A DNA stretch of 64,000 nucleotides from the NCBI GenBank assembly GCA_001643675.2, contig LSRY02000032.1:1-64000 (forward strand), written 5' to 3'. A program made the translations under genes and the position numbers. Below the pieces are notes generated by a model. It made no database searches and was not told where the DNA came from. It saw only the letters and a list, made by a program, of their open reading frames with translations. Below are positions 40,301 to 52,600 of the stretch, piece after piece. The number at the start of each line of letters is the position of its first letter. Position 1 is the stretch's first letter. The DNA is from Monocercomonoides exilis PA203. Its lineage: Eukaryota > Protista > Preaxostyla.

Positions 40301-41104
40301 TTCTTTTCTACTCCTTCCTTAACTTCCTCTTCTTCTTCCTCTTCCTCTTCTTCTCATTCTCATTCTTCCCCCTTTATCCTTCTCTCTTCTTTCAAACAAT
40401 TTCTTTTCGATAAATGCTATGTTGATCACTCCATCAGACTATTATTTCATTTCAGCAACATTCTTTTATTCTGTCCTCTTCGGCTTTTCATGCAGCTCCA
40501 TCTACTCCTTCATCACCATTGCAATTTCCAAATATTCATGTCATCTCACACACACACTCCAATAGAGCGATATTTCATTCTCTGGATAATACGAAATCAT
40601 CTGAACATCGTTTCATTCACTTTTTTTGTTTTGAAAATAATATTCCTTCACTTTTATATTATCACGGTTTCACGTTATAGAAAAAGAATCGCATCATTCG
40701 GTTTTATGCAAATTTTAAATTTGAACAAAAGATTTTTCAATTATTAGTAACAATAATAGTCTTCAAACAACCTTTTTATCGATTCATAGAATTGCCACAA
40801 CAATAAAATGTTATTTTTGAAACGATGATCAAATTTGTATTAAAAATTAAAACCAAAAAGATAAAAGAGAATTGATTGAAATACGCTAAACTCCATTTCC
40901 TATTATTTATAATGATCAACAAGACTTTTTTAAACAATGCAACATTTGAAAATATATTTTTCCAAATTATTGAATTACATTATAAGAAATCAAAGCAAGC
41001 ATGATTCATAAATGTAAAAAAGTGAAATCTCCAGGTGAGTGAAAGTCTCATAATAAAAAAAAATAAGCAATTGTTAAAAAATTATTAATTTTCATTTATA
41101 TCTT

Positions 41105-41380
41105 ACAACTCGACTGATCTTTGTCTAACGACAGATCTTTGTCGTTCGACTGATCTCGACAAAGATCTGTCTATAATCCATTTTTATTATTAGAGTTTTT
41201 GAAAAAAATAAAAAATTATGATTTTTCATTTCCATATTAACTTATTTATATTTATCGATAAAAAAACATAAATAGTGATTTTATTTCGTTTTTTCTTTAA
41301 ATTAATGAAAATTAAAGAAAAAATTTCTTAATAATAATAAATAAAACTGGACAAAATAGTCGGTCGACCTGTCGAGTTGT
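41105..41380. mobile_element. Candidate small inverted-repeat element with a CpG-rich subterminal motif array
   Basis: ACAACTCGACTGATC (41105-41119) versus GACCTGTCGAGTTGT (41366-41380) forms a 13/15 inverted repeat; AT-rich interior. Confidence 0.4.
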
Positions 41381-41875
41381 TTCAAAAATGTCGGTCGGTC
41401 GCAGAGGCCTAATGAAAAAGCTCACAGAAGACATCTTCATCTTTATTTGAGTGGAAACATTTGTTTTACAAGCAGTTGTGACAATTTTTCTATTTGAATA
41501 CAAAATCTCTTCCTGATGATAAACTATCTTTGAAAAAACAATACACAGAAAAAAGTTATGGTTTCAAAAATAATCACCCATCATTAAAAAATTTAACACT
41601 GTGGTTGATTTTTTGTGATAAAAAATTCAAATAAAATGTGTCCTTTATTGATATGCTTGCGAGATCACATGACAAAATGGAATAATATCAACAAATTCAA
41701 TGAACAGACATGAAAATGGGTGATAATTTTTGAAATCATATATTTTCATTCAAAAATTTCGATTCGAAAAATTTACCTTTATGTCAAAAAAAAATTATTG
41801 AAAAATGAAAAGGCTTGCAAAAGATATCTTCATCATTATTTGCGAAGATATAAATGGGACAAAATATTTGACTTT

Positions 41876-42120
41876 AGGCGTTTTCATTGAATAATTATGT
41901 ACTTTTCAAAAACTATTTTATGTCAAAAAACATAATAAAAATGGATCCATTTTTTGACATTCGTGAAATGTCGGAAAACTTTTTGATTTGATTTCAACGA
42001 TGCCTGCTTACGGATGTGAAAATCTTATTAAATTTGAAATCTGAAAAAGCAAAAATAAAGTTATGAGTGAAGCAATTTTTCAATGCCTTGCGCAAAAAAA
42101 GCTTGAAAGTCCGTATTTTC
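41876..42120. repeat. 245-bp repeat, copy 2 (inverted relative to 29316-29560)
   Basis: Exact reverse complement of 29316-29560. Confidence 0.95.
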
Positions 42121-42124
42121 ACTC

Positions 42125-42380
42125 AAATGAAGTGTTAATAATAAAAATATAACATGAAAAACATACGCTCTTATGAAGAAGAGTGAAAAAGGTTCAACAT
42201 AAAAATTATCTATTTGCTTCAAATACATAAAAATTGAATAAGTTTGATCTCAGATCATTCAATGTTGTGACCATTCACATGTTTGATGCAAATAGAAAAT
42301 TATAATGTTGAACCTTTTTCACTCTTCTTCATTAGAGTGTGTGTTTTTCATGTCATATTTTTATTTTTAACACTTCATTT
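42125..42380. mobile_element. Foldback/MITE-like hairpin element: ~99-bp imperfect arms around a ~58-bp loop
   Basis: AAATGAAGTGTTAA...ATGAAGAAGAGTGAAAAAGGTTCAACAT...TCAAA (42125-42223) pairs with TTTGA...ATGTTGAACCTTTTTCACTCTTCTTCAT...TTAACACTTCATTT (42282-42380). Confidence 0.75.
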
Positions 42381-42767
42381 AATAACAAAGAAATTTTCAA
42401 ATTTGTGTTTGCATGTTGATAAAAAATTGAAATGTGAAAAAATGATGAAAAAACAAGTTGTAAAACTTAAGATTTTGAATATAAAAAGGTTAATGCCAGT
42501 AGTTTTTAAAAATGGATTTCGAAATTTTGTGAAATGCTTCCTCGTCTGAAAAAAGTCACGACAAAATAAATAAAAAATTGCTGTATCTCTACGAAAAATA
42601 AACAAAATTTAAAAAACAAACCGGTAATTTAATGTATTTGTTTTATAAACACCCACATCCGAGTGTTGAGGTCCATCTAGCTTTTTTTGAATGATTTGCA
42701 TGCAAAAATAAAAAAAGCGCCAATAAAGAAAAAAGTCCCATTTCAAAGTTGACCCTAATTTGAAAGG

Positions 42768-42771
<4 letters not shown>

Positions 42772-42807
<36 letters not shown>
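42772..42807 (+). repeat. Poly(A) run, 36 nt
   Basis: Directly visible. Confidence 0.9.
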
Positions 42808-42808
<1 letters not shown>

Positions 42809-43254
42809 GATTTTCTTAATGCTTTGCGCATATTTTTGCATTGCATTATGAGTTGTTTATTTCCTTATTTGTTATTATTAATATTTCTAACAAAGTTATT
42901 TTTTTTTTACTTATTTTCAAACTTGTTTTTATCTTTCATGATATATTTGACTCTCAATGAGCAATGCACTTGTCTTCCTTTGCAATTTTGTTTCTTTATT
43001 AATTGTTTTTGCTACATAGAATTCAGTTTCTCACTAAATGAATTATGATCATCAAATAAATAACTTCTTTTTTTAAATCAATAATCGATTATCGATGATT
43101 AACGGAGAAATCGGGGATATATCAAATGCATTTACTCAGCCAGATGTGCAACTCGCAGAATCTGGGGCACAAAATGAGTATGCTTTGATCCATGATTCTC
43201 AAGGTGGACTTTTACCACATTTTATTGTTTCTCTCTTTTTTTGCAACATTTGCA

Positions 43255-45342
43255 ATGCCTACCAGTGATGACAAGCCACTGATATTTTTCGAAGAAAGCG
43301 TTGGAGGGGCAAATAGCCCGAAAGGCGAAGCCAGCGGGAGGACAGAGGTTGAAATGGAAGAAGTTTGCCAAATATTTCACTTCATTTCTTTTGTTTTTGC
43401 TTTTGACGAATGAAGAGCGTCATCGTCACTACTGCTATTTTTTTGTTTTTGTTTCTTTTTTTTCTTTTACGAGAGTATTTTGTCATTTTTTCCGTTTTGT
43501 GAATAAAACTATTTATAACAGACCTCAGGGCCATTGATTTCAACCAGCGCGAGCAGCTCAAGCGCACAAGAAATGGAGCTTGGTGGAGCAGAGCAGCCCG
43601 TGATGCAGGCAGGAGGAGCAGGAGGAGAAGGCGGAAGTGCAAACGAGCCAGTTGCATCAGACAATGAGAGCGGGATGATTGTAGATGGGGCGAAGGAGCG
43701 GGACTTCTCCGTGAGGAGTCTGGTGAAGAAGGAGTTCTGGATGTATTATTTCGATGTGGACACGGTGGATGTGTGGCGGCGAGTTGCGAAGGGGCTGTGC
43801 TGCTTCCGACCGCTGGTGTACAACGAGGCAACCATCACAAAGCCTGACTTGTCTGCTATTTCTTGTTTTGATTTTGTCTCCTTTTTTAAAATTCATTTTT
43901 TCTTCATCATTTGTTTTTTTATCCCCGCTCTTCAAACTGCTTTCTTCTTCATCTTCTTATTTCATTGTTTTTGTGCAACAAACGAAAACACTTTTTGGAT
44001 GCATGAATATGGAAATGCTGCTGTTTGGGTGAAGATACGGGCCAGTGTGGATCACAACGACGCTGATATTGTTCGTGGGGATATTCTCGAACGTGGCGCT
44101 GTGGGCGGACGGAGTGTTTGGGAAGGACGGCGGGAAGCAGTTTTCGTGGAACTTTGTGTGTGGTTGGGGTGGAGGCTTTTGGGGTGACTGAGCAACATGT
44201 TTTTTGGTAAATCTCTTTTTATTCTCTTTAATTGAAGTTTGATGAATTTTGTATTGTACTTCATTTGCCATGTATTGTTTGTGTATGTTTTTGCGGGATG
44301 TGCAGCTGACGATCTGTGCTGGGGCGTTTTATGGGTTTATGGTGCTTGTGCCGCTGGGGCTGGGGCTGCTGTGCCATTTTTTCCGGAAGACAAAAATTGG
44401 ACAGGTGTGTGCCTCTGCTCATTCATTGCACATCTTTTCAAATGGCTAATATTTTTTATCTCTCCTATTCCTTTTTATTTTTATTTTTATTTGTGTTTGT
44501 GTGTGTGTGCGTGTGTGAGCAGGGGTGTGCAAACATTGTGTCGGTTGAGGCGCTGCCATTTTTCAGGCTGTTGATGACGATCGAAGCGATTTACGGATAT
44601 TCGCTCACTCCACTGTTTGCCTCGTTGGTATGAATGGGAGAGAATTTGTGTGCAAAAGAGCGAGAGAGAAGGGAAAGGAAGAGAGGAGAAATTGTGCAAC
44701 CGAAGTGGGAGCGAATGAATGAAGAAAGTTTTTTTTCCTTCACTTTTTATTTATCTTTCAGTTTTCTTGTTTGAGCGAGAAAAATGAGCGAGACACATGA
44801 ATCTTTGCTCGTCTATTTGTTTGTCATTGCGTTTAACTTCATTTTCCTTTTTTTGTAATGTGTATTTTATGCCATTTGCATTTGCAATTTAAATCGTGGC
44901 TGTTGTGGCGAAAGGCGCTGGCGCCGATACCAGTAAAGGCTGTGCGGTGGACGATGATTGGATTGGGACTGGCCTATTCGTATGTGACAACCACAGTGAA
45001 CTTGAAGCCGTATGCTTTTGTTGATTGCTCGGAATTTAATCTTTGATCAATCATTTTCATTTGTTTAATATTTTTCTGTTTATTTTTTCGCTGTCTTTTT
45101 ACATATGGTTTCTTTTATGTTGCTTCTTGCACCTGTTTCTTCTTTTCTTTTCTTCTTTTCTTTTCTATTTTCCTTTTTGCACATACTGTTGCTTTGATAC
45201 GATTTCTTCTGTTTCTGCTATTTTCGTGTGCAGAATTGCGGACTGCTGCCTCCCTCTGAATTGGATATTTGTGAACTGGATAGCGCTGTTTGTGCTGCAT
45301 TCGATCCTTTTTGTTCCGCTGTTCTTCTGTCTGCACCACTGA
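43255..45342 (+). CDS. Yip1-domain Golgi membrane protein (YIPF1/YIPF2-like), multi-exon
   Basis: Exons 43255-43362, 43522-43850 and one starting at 44035 splice to YYFDVDTVDVWRRV...KPDLYGPVWITTTLILF. Later exons encode TM segments including AIYGYSL. The last exon probably ends FFCLHH-stop at 45342; 3' exon boundaries are approximate. Confidence 0.85.
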
Positions 45343-45967
45343 AGATTGCACACCTCTGCAGGAACAGAAAACAGACACTGTGACACGCACACATTTACTC
45401 ACACTCACTTTCACACTCTGACAATGGACTCAGTAAGAGCTGGGTGCAAATGCTGAAGATAAGGCGGAGGCACAGCAGACAATCACTTCATTTGTGCCAC
45501 TGCCTTCTTTGACTCCTTCGGGTTATTTTGGGTTGCTTATTCCATTTCATTTTCTGGGAATTTGTGTTTTGGGATATGTTTTTGTTGAGAAAGCTTGGAT
45601 AAATGGATTTTATTGTTTGGCAATTGTTTTGATAAAAAAAGAAGAAAAAAATCAGTTTTGCCTTTGATTTTTTTTAATCATTCATTTCGGTATAGAGAAA
45701 TAAATGCTTGTTGGCTCGAACAAAATTCGTGGTTGAATGTGTCTTCTTGCGCCAAACACAAATCAACGCAAGCAACCAGACAAATAACAAGCTCAAAATA
45801 TGAACATCTTTTTCCGTTTCAAATTGTCACTTTCTGCAAACATTCTCACAAAAAATAAAAGAAAAGAATGAAGCAAACGAAGCAAATTTTATTCAAAAAA
45901 AGAGAAATAAACGAATAAAATATCTATCATAACAGCAACAAAGACATCAAATCCTTGACAAAATAGA

Positions 45968-47437
45968 TCATGAAACAACCATCAAATCAATATCTTGGCT
46001 TTCAAGTGAAATTTCGCGGTTGTTCCGATAATCACGCGATTTTGGTGCGGTAGTTCTTTGAGGGAAAGTCACCGAATCTGAATGGGTTGATCTGTTTTCT
46101 TTTGGAAGTATCCTTTCCCTCACCTTTTCTTTAGGTGCTGTATCAGGAATCTTGGTGTACAATTCACTACTCGTGTATTTTTCCCCTTCTCTCTGCAACA
46201 TTCGTGCACCAGAAAACATCTTTCGCCCAGCTTCTTCTTTTCTGTTCATTCCTTCCTCAGACATCGGTGCAGGTATTGCAGAAGGCGTTGGCACATCTCT
46301 TTGTGCACGAACTTCCAAAGGCCGTGGAGTAAGCTTGGGAACATGATATTCCGGAGGTTGGAGCTCACCTTTTGGCGTATGTCTTTGAGAATTTGCAATG
46401 ACTGCTTTGCTTTCATCTTCATCTTTCTGCAACATCCTGGCCATTGCTACGAGTGATGCACATTTAGCCACCATAACTGCAGACTCGCGATCTTTTCCAG
46501 CATTTTGCCGTGATTCTATTTGTCTCTCAATGCGTCTGGCTGTTGTTATTATATTATTCATTGCAACACCACCCAAGTTGAGGCTCAGCAGATGCAATGC
46601 TATATCCACAGCCCAATACCTATCTTCTTCTTTAACTTTCTCCTCTGCCAATCGTATGCATTTTTCGCCTTCCACAACAGCTCCTAACTTTCGAAACAGC
46701 GAAGACCCTGCAAATGCCTCGCTTGCTGCTTTATTCTGAGCAACCAACGTAAGGAGCTGTGTTCGTGCTGCCTTTGATGCTTTTTCAGGACCCGTCTGTA
46801 ACCATCCCAGAGCATTCAGATCCGCACATTCATGAGACAGACAATTCGAATGTGCGCAGCAAAACATAAGAAAATTCGCGAAAAAGAAAGGAAGAAACAA
46901 ATAAACAGTGAAAAGTCCGAATCTTAGCGCACGTACAGAAAGTATACCTCAGCTATCACACAAAGTGATTCCACAAGCAGAGCCATGCTGCTTTCAGAAG
47001 GACATTCACATCCCGTCAGCCCCAGCAGGCATACAAGCCCAGTTCCGAGTCTCTGAATCCCCCCAAAAACATCAATGCAAACAAAGATGAAAAATAAAAT
47101 CAACAAAATAAAATGGCTCAAAACGAATTTCAACGCTCCTTTCTCAAATCTCCTCAAAATAACATCAAAAAAATAACAAAAAGTGACTTGTTTTCTTTCA
47201 GACAAAAGCAACTTCTTCTTTGCACACCTTCACTTCGTTGTCCATCGACTCTGCAGCCAGCATTGCAATTGTCTTTACACCATTTTCTTCCACAATTGCC
47301 TTTGCCAGAGAACTGTCGGCCACTGCTGCGCAAAACAACCCCCGAAGCAGCTCAATTTTGTTCTCACTTTCACATCGTTTCAATTCTCCGATAAAATCCT
47401 TGATATTTTCTGCTTTTATCTTTCCTTCTTTTCCCAT
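45968..47437 (-). CDS. Hypothetical protein, probably helical/ARM-like N-terminus; about three exons
   Basis: Coding-like blocks (47198..47437, ~46950-47060, 45968..~46795) separated by blocks that are T-rich on the minus strand and intron-like, with GT donors. No family recognised. Confidence 0.55.
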
Positions 47438-48005
47438 CTAATTTTTTGATCATAAAAAACCATTTCAATTATTTTATTGCCTCGTTTGATTCATCTTATT
47501 CTCCCATATTTTATCTTTGGGAAGATTAACTGAGTTTGAATCGTGAGAGATACTGAAATAGCAGTTTTATTTCGAGAATTGAAAAATAATTTTGATGATA
47601 TGATCTTTAAACACTGAATGAAGATTTTTTACCAAAGTAATGTCAATCGTCTTCTACTGTTGTTGTTTTGAAACACAAAATTTCGTTGAACGGTTTAAAG
47701 TTCATGTTTCCAACAATTGACGAGTTTGTCTCACCTCAAAAGCATCAATGCATAAAATTGGAAGTTGGAAAATGAAACTTTCTAGATCATTTTTTGATCA
47801 AGTGACTTATAATTATGGCTCAAAATGATGAAATTTTCATAAAAAATTTTGCATAAAAGAAAAAATCAATGATTTGTTTCAAACTTTTTATGCAACCGTA
47901 TCATCATGAGACAAATATATATATGTATATATATGTAGAAAAAAAAGAAAATTGAGAAAAATATCAGAAAAAAAAAAGTGGAATAAGATTGTGAAAGCAA
48001 AAAAT

Positions 48006-48191
48006 TTATGAAAGATTTTTTGAGATAATAAATTGAACCTCATTTAAACAAGACCAACAATAAAGATGCCCGCATTGAGTAACTACCGGCTCGGAAGGCA
48101 TATCATGGCAAATATGACATAAAAAATCGAATTCATTTTTTATGCTCTGGGGTGATGTGATTGAAGAATCCCCTTCAAGCTCAGCACTCAT
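48006..48191 (-). pseudogene. Partial C3HC4 RING finger (RNF5/RNF185/RMA1-like); first exon only
   Basis: FLCHICHDMPSEPVVTQCGHLYCWSCLNE, then a GT donor at 48038. The final CxxC pair was not found before the next gene at 47437. Confidence 0.6.
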
Positions 48192-49665
48192 CCAAATAAA
48201 AATAAAAATGTTTTAATGGGCAAATATTTTTTCAAAGAAATCTCAAACACATAAAAAAATTTATTTAAGTGCTTTCAAAAACATCACTTAGATATTAGAA
48301 TTTTATTGGTTTCGGTTCGAAAATTTTTAAGTGTTGCTCTAAGTGATAAAAGTTTTTTTTACAAAAAAAATTTCATTCTATTATCAGAATAAAATGAAAA
48401 AAAAAGAATCCATCTATAAATCGAAATTGCTATAAATAAAACAATACATGTTGTGAATTTATCAATTTAATTTTTTTACTTCAATAATAAAAAACTTAAA
48501 ACATAACAACGAAAGTAATGTTGGGTGAATGAAAATGAAAAATCCTGCGCTCCGTGACTTGAAGATGGATAATAGACTTATTTCACATCAGAGGCGTTGC
48601 AGAAAAAATTATTGTAATTGTTGAGGAAAGATTTTTCTTGGTTGAAAAAGACTTCAGTTCTGCGTATTATTAAATACTTGTTCTGCTCCTTCCACGCGCT
48701 TTCAAACATGCATCTCATTGTTACCGTTGCTACGGATAAGATCTGAAAGTGGGAGATTATCAATCTGTTAGGAACACGTTCAGGGATTTTTTTGGAGAGG
48801 AAAAGTGAAGAAACAATAAACGGAATATTTGACACTTTTTTTGAGCTTGGAAGCAGGATCATGCCACCATGCGCAACGATGAATTTCCTTAATTTATTTT
48901 GCTTGGAGGAATGCATTTTGAACGAAATGAGCAAGGATTCCATGAAGTTGGGGAAGATACGATTCTTCCGTGTTGGCTCACTTTTCCATGTGAGTGTTGG
49001 AGAATCGGAGGATCAAAACAAATACAGATTGCAAATAATGCGTTTTCATGGGCCTGGGCTGCTTTTGCGATTTTTCCTGGCTGGCAGAAGAGCAGATTTC
49101 GACTTGAGCAAAACTCACGATTTGCAGAGCAAGCGTTAACTTTGATTTACTGGCGCATTTACAGGGTTCACGACAAGAACCATATGAAAAACGAAAAGAC
49201 ATCTGAAAATGATTTGTCAAAAATTTGCTGTTTTGATGGGAAAGGCAGGAGATAATCGAAAAGATTGTGCTGCTTGATTGGAAAACGCATTCATTTATCT
49301 TTGGAAAAGCATTTCATTTTCTGCAGCTCGCTCCATATCACCAATAAATTTAGATGAACGCATGCGAATGCTCACATCCAAACGCCAAAAAGGAATCGGA
49401 AAAATAAACATTTTGAAAATCGATCGATATTTTTTTTCTTCATTGCAAGATTTTTCTCGCAATAATCAAATTGAAAAGCAAGGATATATGCAGAGTTCTA
49501 TCGTTGAGAACAGCTGAGATTCTGAGATGGAAATGAACGGAAAATGAGTGAAAACGACAAGTAATACACGAAAAATTGAAGGCAAGAAAGAAAATGGAAG
49601 CATAACATATGCTAAATGATAGAATACTCTATCAGATGAAATGAATAAGGTGCAAAAGATAGGTT

Positions 49666-52600
49666 TCACGTTTCTGTTTGGGTGCTTCTGATTTCCGAAT
49701 CGATGAGAGCATCGCTTCCATCGACATTGTCTGTGGCATTCTCAAAGCCAATTGCATCTGTAACTGTGAGGATCGCAGCACCAGACGGGAAATGTGTAAT
49801 AAAGTCTCTTTTGAGCTCAAAAAGAGAAAGTCGTGCAGACGGCGATTGCGACACGCAATTCTTCACAAGGATATAGAAAGCAGAACATTGGACAACGTCC
49901 AATTTTGGCCTTTCGCCTTTTGTAATTTTGTCTCCAGCTATTACTGCCTCATACTCGCCAAACGGAATATCCAGTGTCAGACACTCCCACAACATCATGC
50001 CAATCGAGAATGCCACTGATTCCTTTGTTGCTCCCATCTTCTTGTTGATCAGCAGCTCTGGTGCCTTCCACCGCAGACACTCTTTTTTGAAGTCATCCTC
50101 ATCCTCAAAGGCCGACGAAGGTAGTGAGTCTCTATCATCATCACTGACAGACGTTGCAACTGTTGATGAAGAGATTGATGATGAATCTGAATCATCAGAT
50201 AAAAGCAAATCAGAATGCATCACAATGCAGATCACCATGTGCTCTGAGAACAACACAAGGTGGGGACTCAAGTTGGCCAAAGAGGAAAGCTCATTTTCCA
50301 TTTCGTCAAATGAATGGAGAGCAAGGTTGGCCACCCAGAACAGGATCTGAGCAGCTGTTTGCTCCCTCTCCTTCAGAGTTCCTATCGCCATCTCTTTCTT
50401 CTCATTCCTTCCATGAAGGAGCATGAACAGCGAATCCCTCAAGTCCACAATGAGCTTTTCGTGAGGCGATGAACAGGCCATTGCATCCACCAGATTCGAC
50501 ATGGATGAGGTGGTTGGACACAGACTCTCCGATCGAACAAATGTTGAATCTGAGTCAGTTGTTGAGATGGATGAGATGGATGGTGAAGGCGATCTCTTTC
50601 TTGTCTCTTCCTCATCATCAACCTTCTCCAGCACCCATTCGGGGATCTTGTCCGAGTCTTTTCCCAAGATGTATTCAGTGGAGCCACTCTCACTCAACAA
50701 ATGCTCCGATGACTCCGAATGCTCCATATTCGTCTCATACACCCTCTTCTTAATCCTCTCCTCATTCTTCTTCTCTGCCTCCCTCTCAGCCCTTCGCCAT
50801 TGCTCCTCCTGCAACATCTCCATCGTTACCATTTCAAATGCCTTCGGATCCTTCTTCACTGTGTCATTCACAATCTCTCTCAGATCTTCGGTCCTTCTCT
50901 TTTGCTTTCTCCACCTAATAGTCACAGCAACAATTATCAACAAGACGATAAATACAATGCAAGAAACGACAATTAAATCCACAATGAATTGACTCCTTTT
51001 CCACTTTCAACAGATTTTTCATCTTCTTTTTGCTTGGGCTCGCTTCTATTCTTCAATATGAACGATTCGGTTTTTGATGGAAACGATGGATTTCCAAACA
51101 GAATGCTCGCAGCAACTTCTGTCTCTGCGAGTGCAGTTGTCAAATTACTGCTATGAATTACACCTTCGACTTCTCCTTCCGAGATGAATCCGTCTTCATT
51201 AAAATCATACTTCTCAATCAGCTCCTCATCGCCTGTTGTGTATGTCAAACAGAAAGACAGACCACATGGCAGAAACAATGATCCTTTGAACCTGATTTTG
51301 TTGTATTCCTCAGCTTCTGATCCCACAACCAGGGCAGATTCCAGTTTGGGAATGAAGAAAGGTGATTCTCTCTCTCCTGCTATTCCATCAAGTGTGCATC
51401 CATCATTCAGAATCCAAAGTGAAGTATTTGGCAAAACTCCATCTCCACCTTTCAAGCTTAAAATTGTTATTGAGGCAGAATCAGAGCAGATGATGTTTCG
51501 GCGAAGGGAGGGATATTTTTCAATGAAAGGATTATTATTTGCCAGCATTCCCATTTCGATAAATATTCCTCCTCCTTTGATCGAAATTCCTCCTTTCGAT
51601 GAATTCTCTATCATTATTTCATTTGACTGAAGATTGGAATTTTCCATGTGCACAAGAGATCCATTCCATTTGCAGATTCCATCAGCAGCAATATCATTTC
51701 CAAACTCTTGTTGATTTGTTAGCACTCCTGAAAAACTGCATGAGCTCAACGAAATGTTTTCCGAATCACAGACATTTATAATGATCCCTTTATCTGCTGT
51801 GGAAACGCAAGATTCACAAGAACAATTTGAAAGCGTTGCATGAGTGAAAGATGAAAGAGACACTGAGAGAATGGAGGCACCCAGCGAATTGCGAGTACAA
51901 TTCTCGAATGAAGTGCTCACAAGAGATATTGTTTCCAAAGTTATATCGTTTATTGAAAAGATGCAACCTTCGGACAGATTCGCCCCATCAACAGATACTC
52001 TGTCAAATTCAACATTTTTGCAGTCTCCAAGCTCAAATACATTTTCTGAAGCTTCAATCTGTTTCAATTTCACATTTGCCAACGAAATGTGATCTCCGCT
52101 CAACAGAAAAGAAGGCTTATTGAATGAAAGCATTGATATTGAGCAGTTGTCAACATGCAGAATTCCATTTTCTATGCTCAGCAATGTGGAATTAAGAACA
52201 ACAGCTTCAACGCTTTCTGACTCTCCAACTGAAGAGAAATCAACAAATGATAAAGAAAGTTGGCCACTTGATTCATGAACGATTGAATTGCCTGAATATG
52301 AAAATAACTGCCCAAAACTGAATTTCACACTTTCAATCCGAACATTCCCAGAGGTTGTTATTAGACTTTCCGCATCAGCAATTGTTGAATTCAGATGCAC
52401 CAAAGCGGTTGAAGGAGATTGCAATGAGCGAATGGTCACATCATGAACATCACATTTCTCAACGATATCTGTTTCCTCTAAGATCAACAGCTGTGAGAAT
52501 AACGATGGAATGATGTGTTGAACTCCATCATTCAATGATTTGCATGGCATGCTGAACTCTCCACATTGCTTGCTATCTGAATGATTATCTGCAACAGAAG

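Noticed and set aside
41105-41171. CRISPR-like repeat array
   Set aside because: Only 3-4 abutting units with no spacers, in a eukaryotic context with no cas genes.
37418-43048. Short Phe/Ile/Lys-rich ORFs in the AT-rich interval
   Set aside because: Composition reflects A/T runs and most use non-ATG starts; no transposase or other domain was recognised.
48540-49520. ORFs or structured RNA downstream of the second receptor gene
   Set aside because: Moderately GC-rich, but I could not support any consistent reading frame, motif or RNA family.
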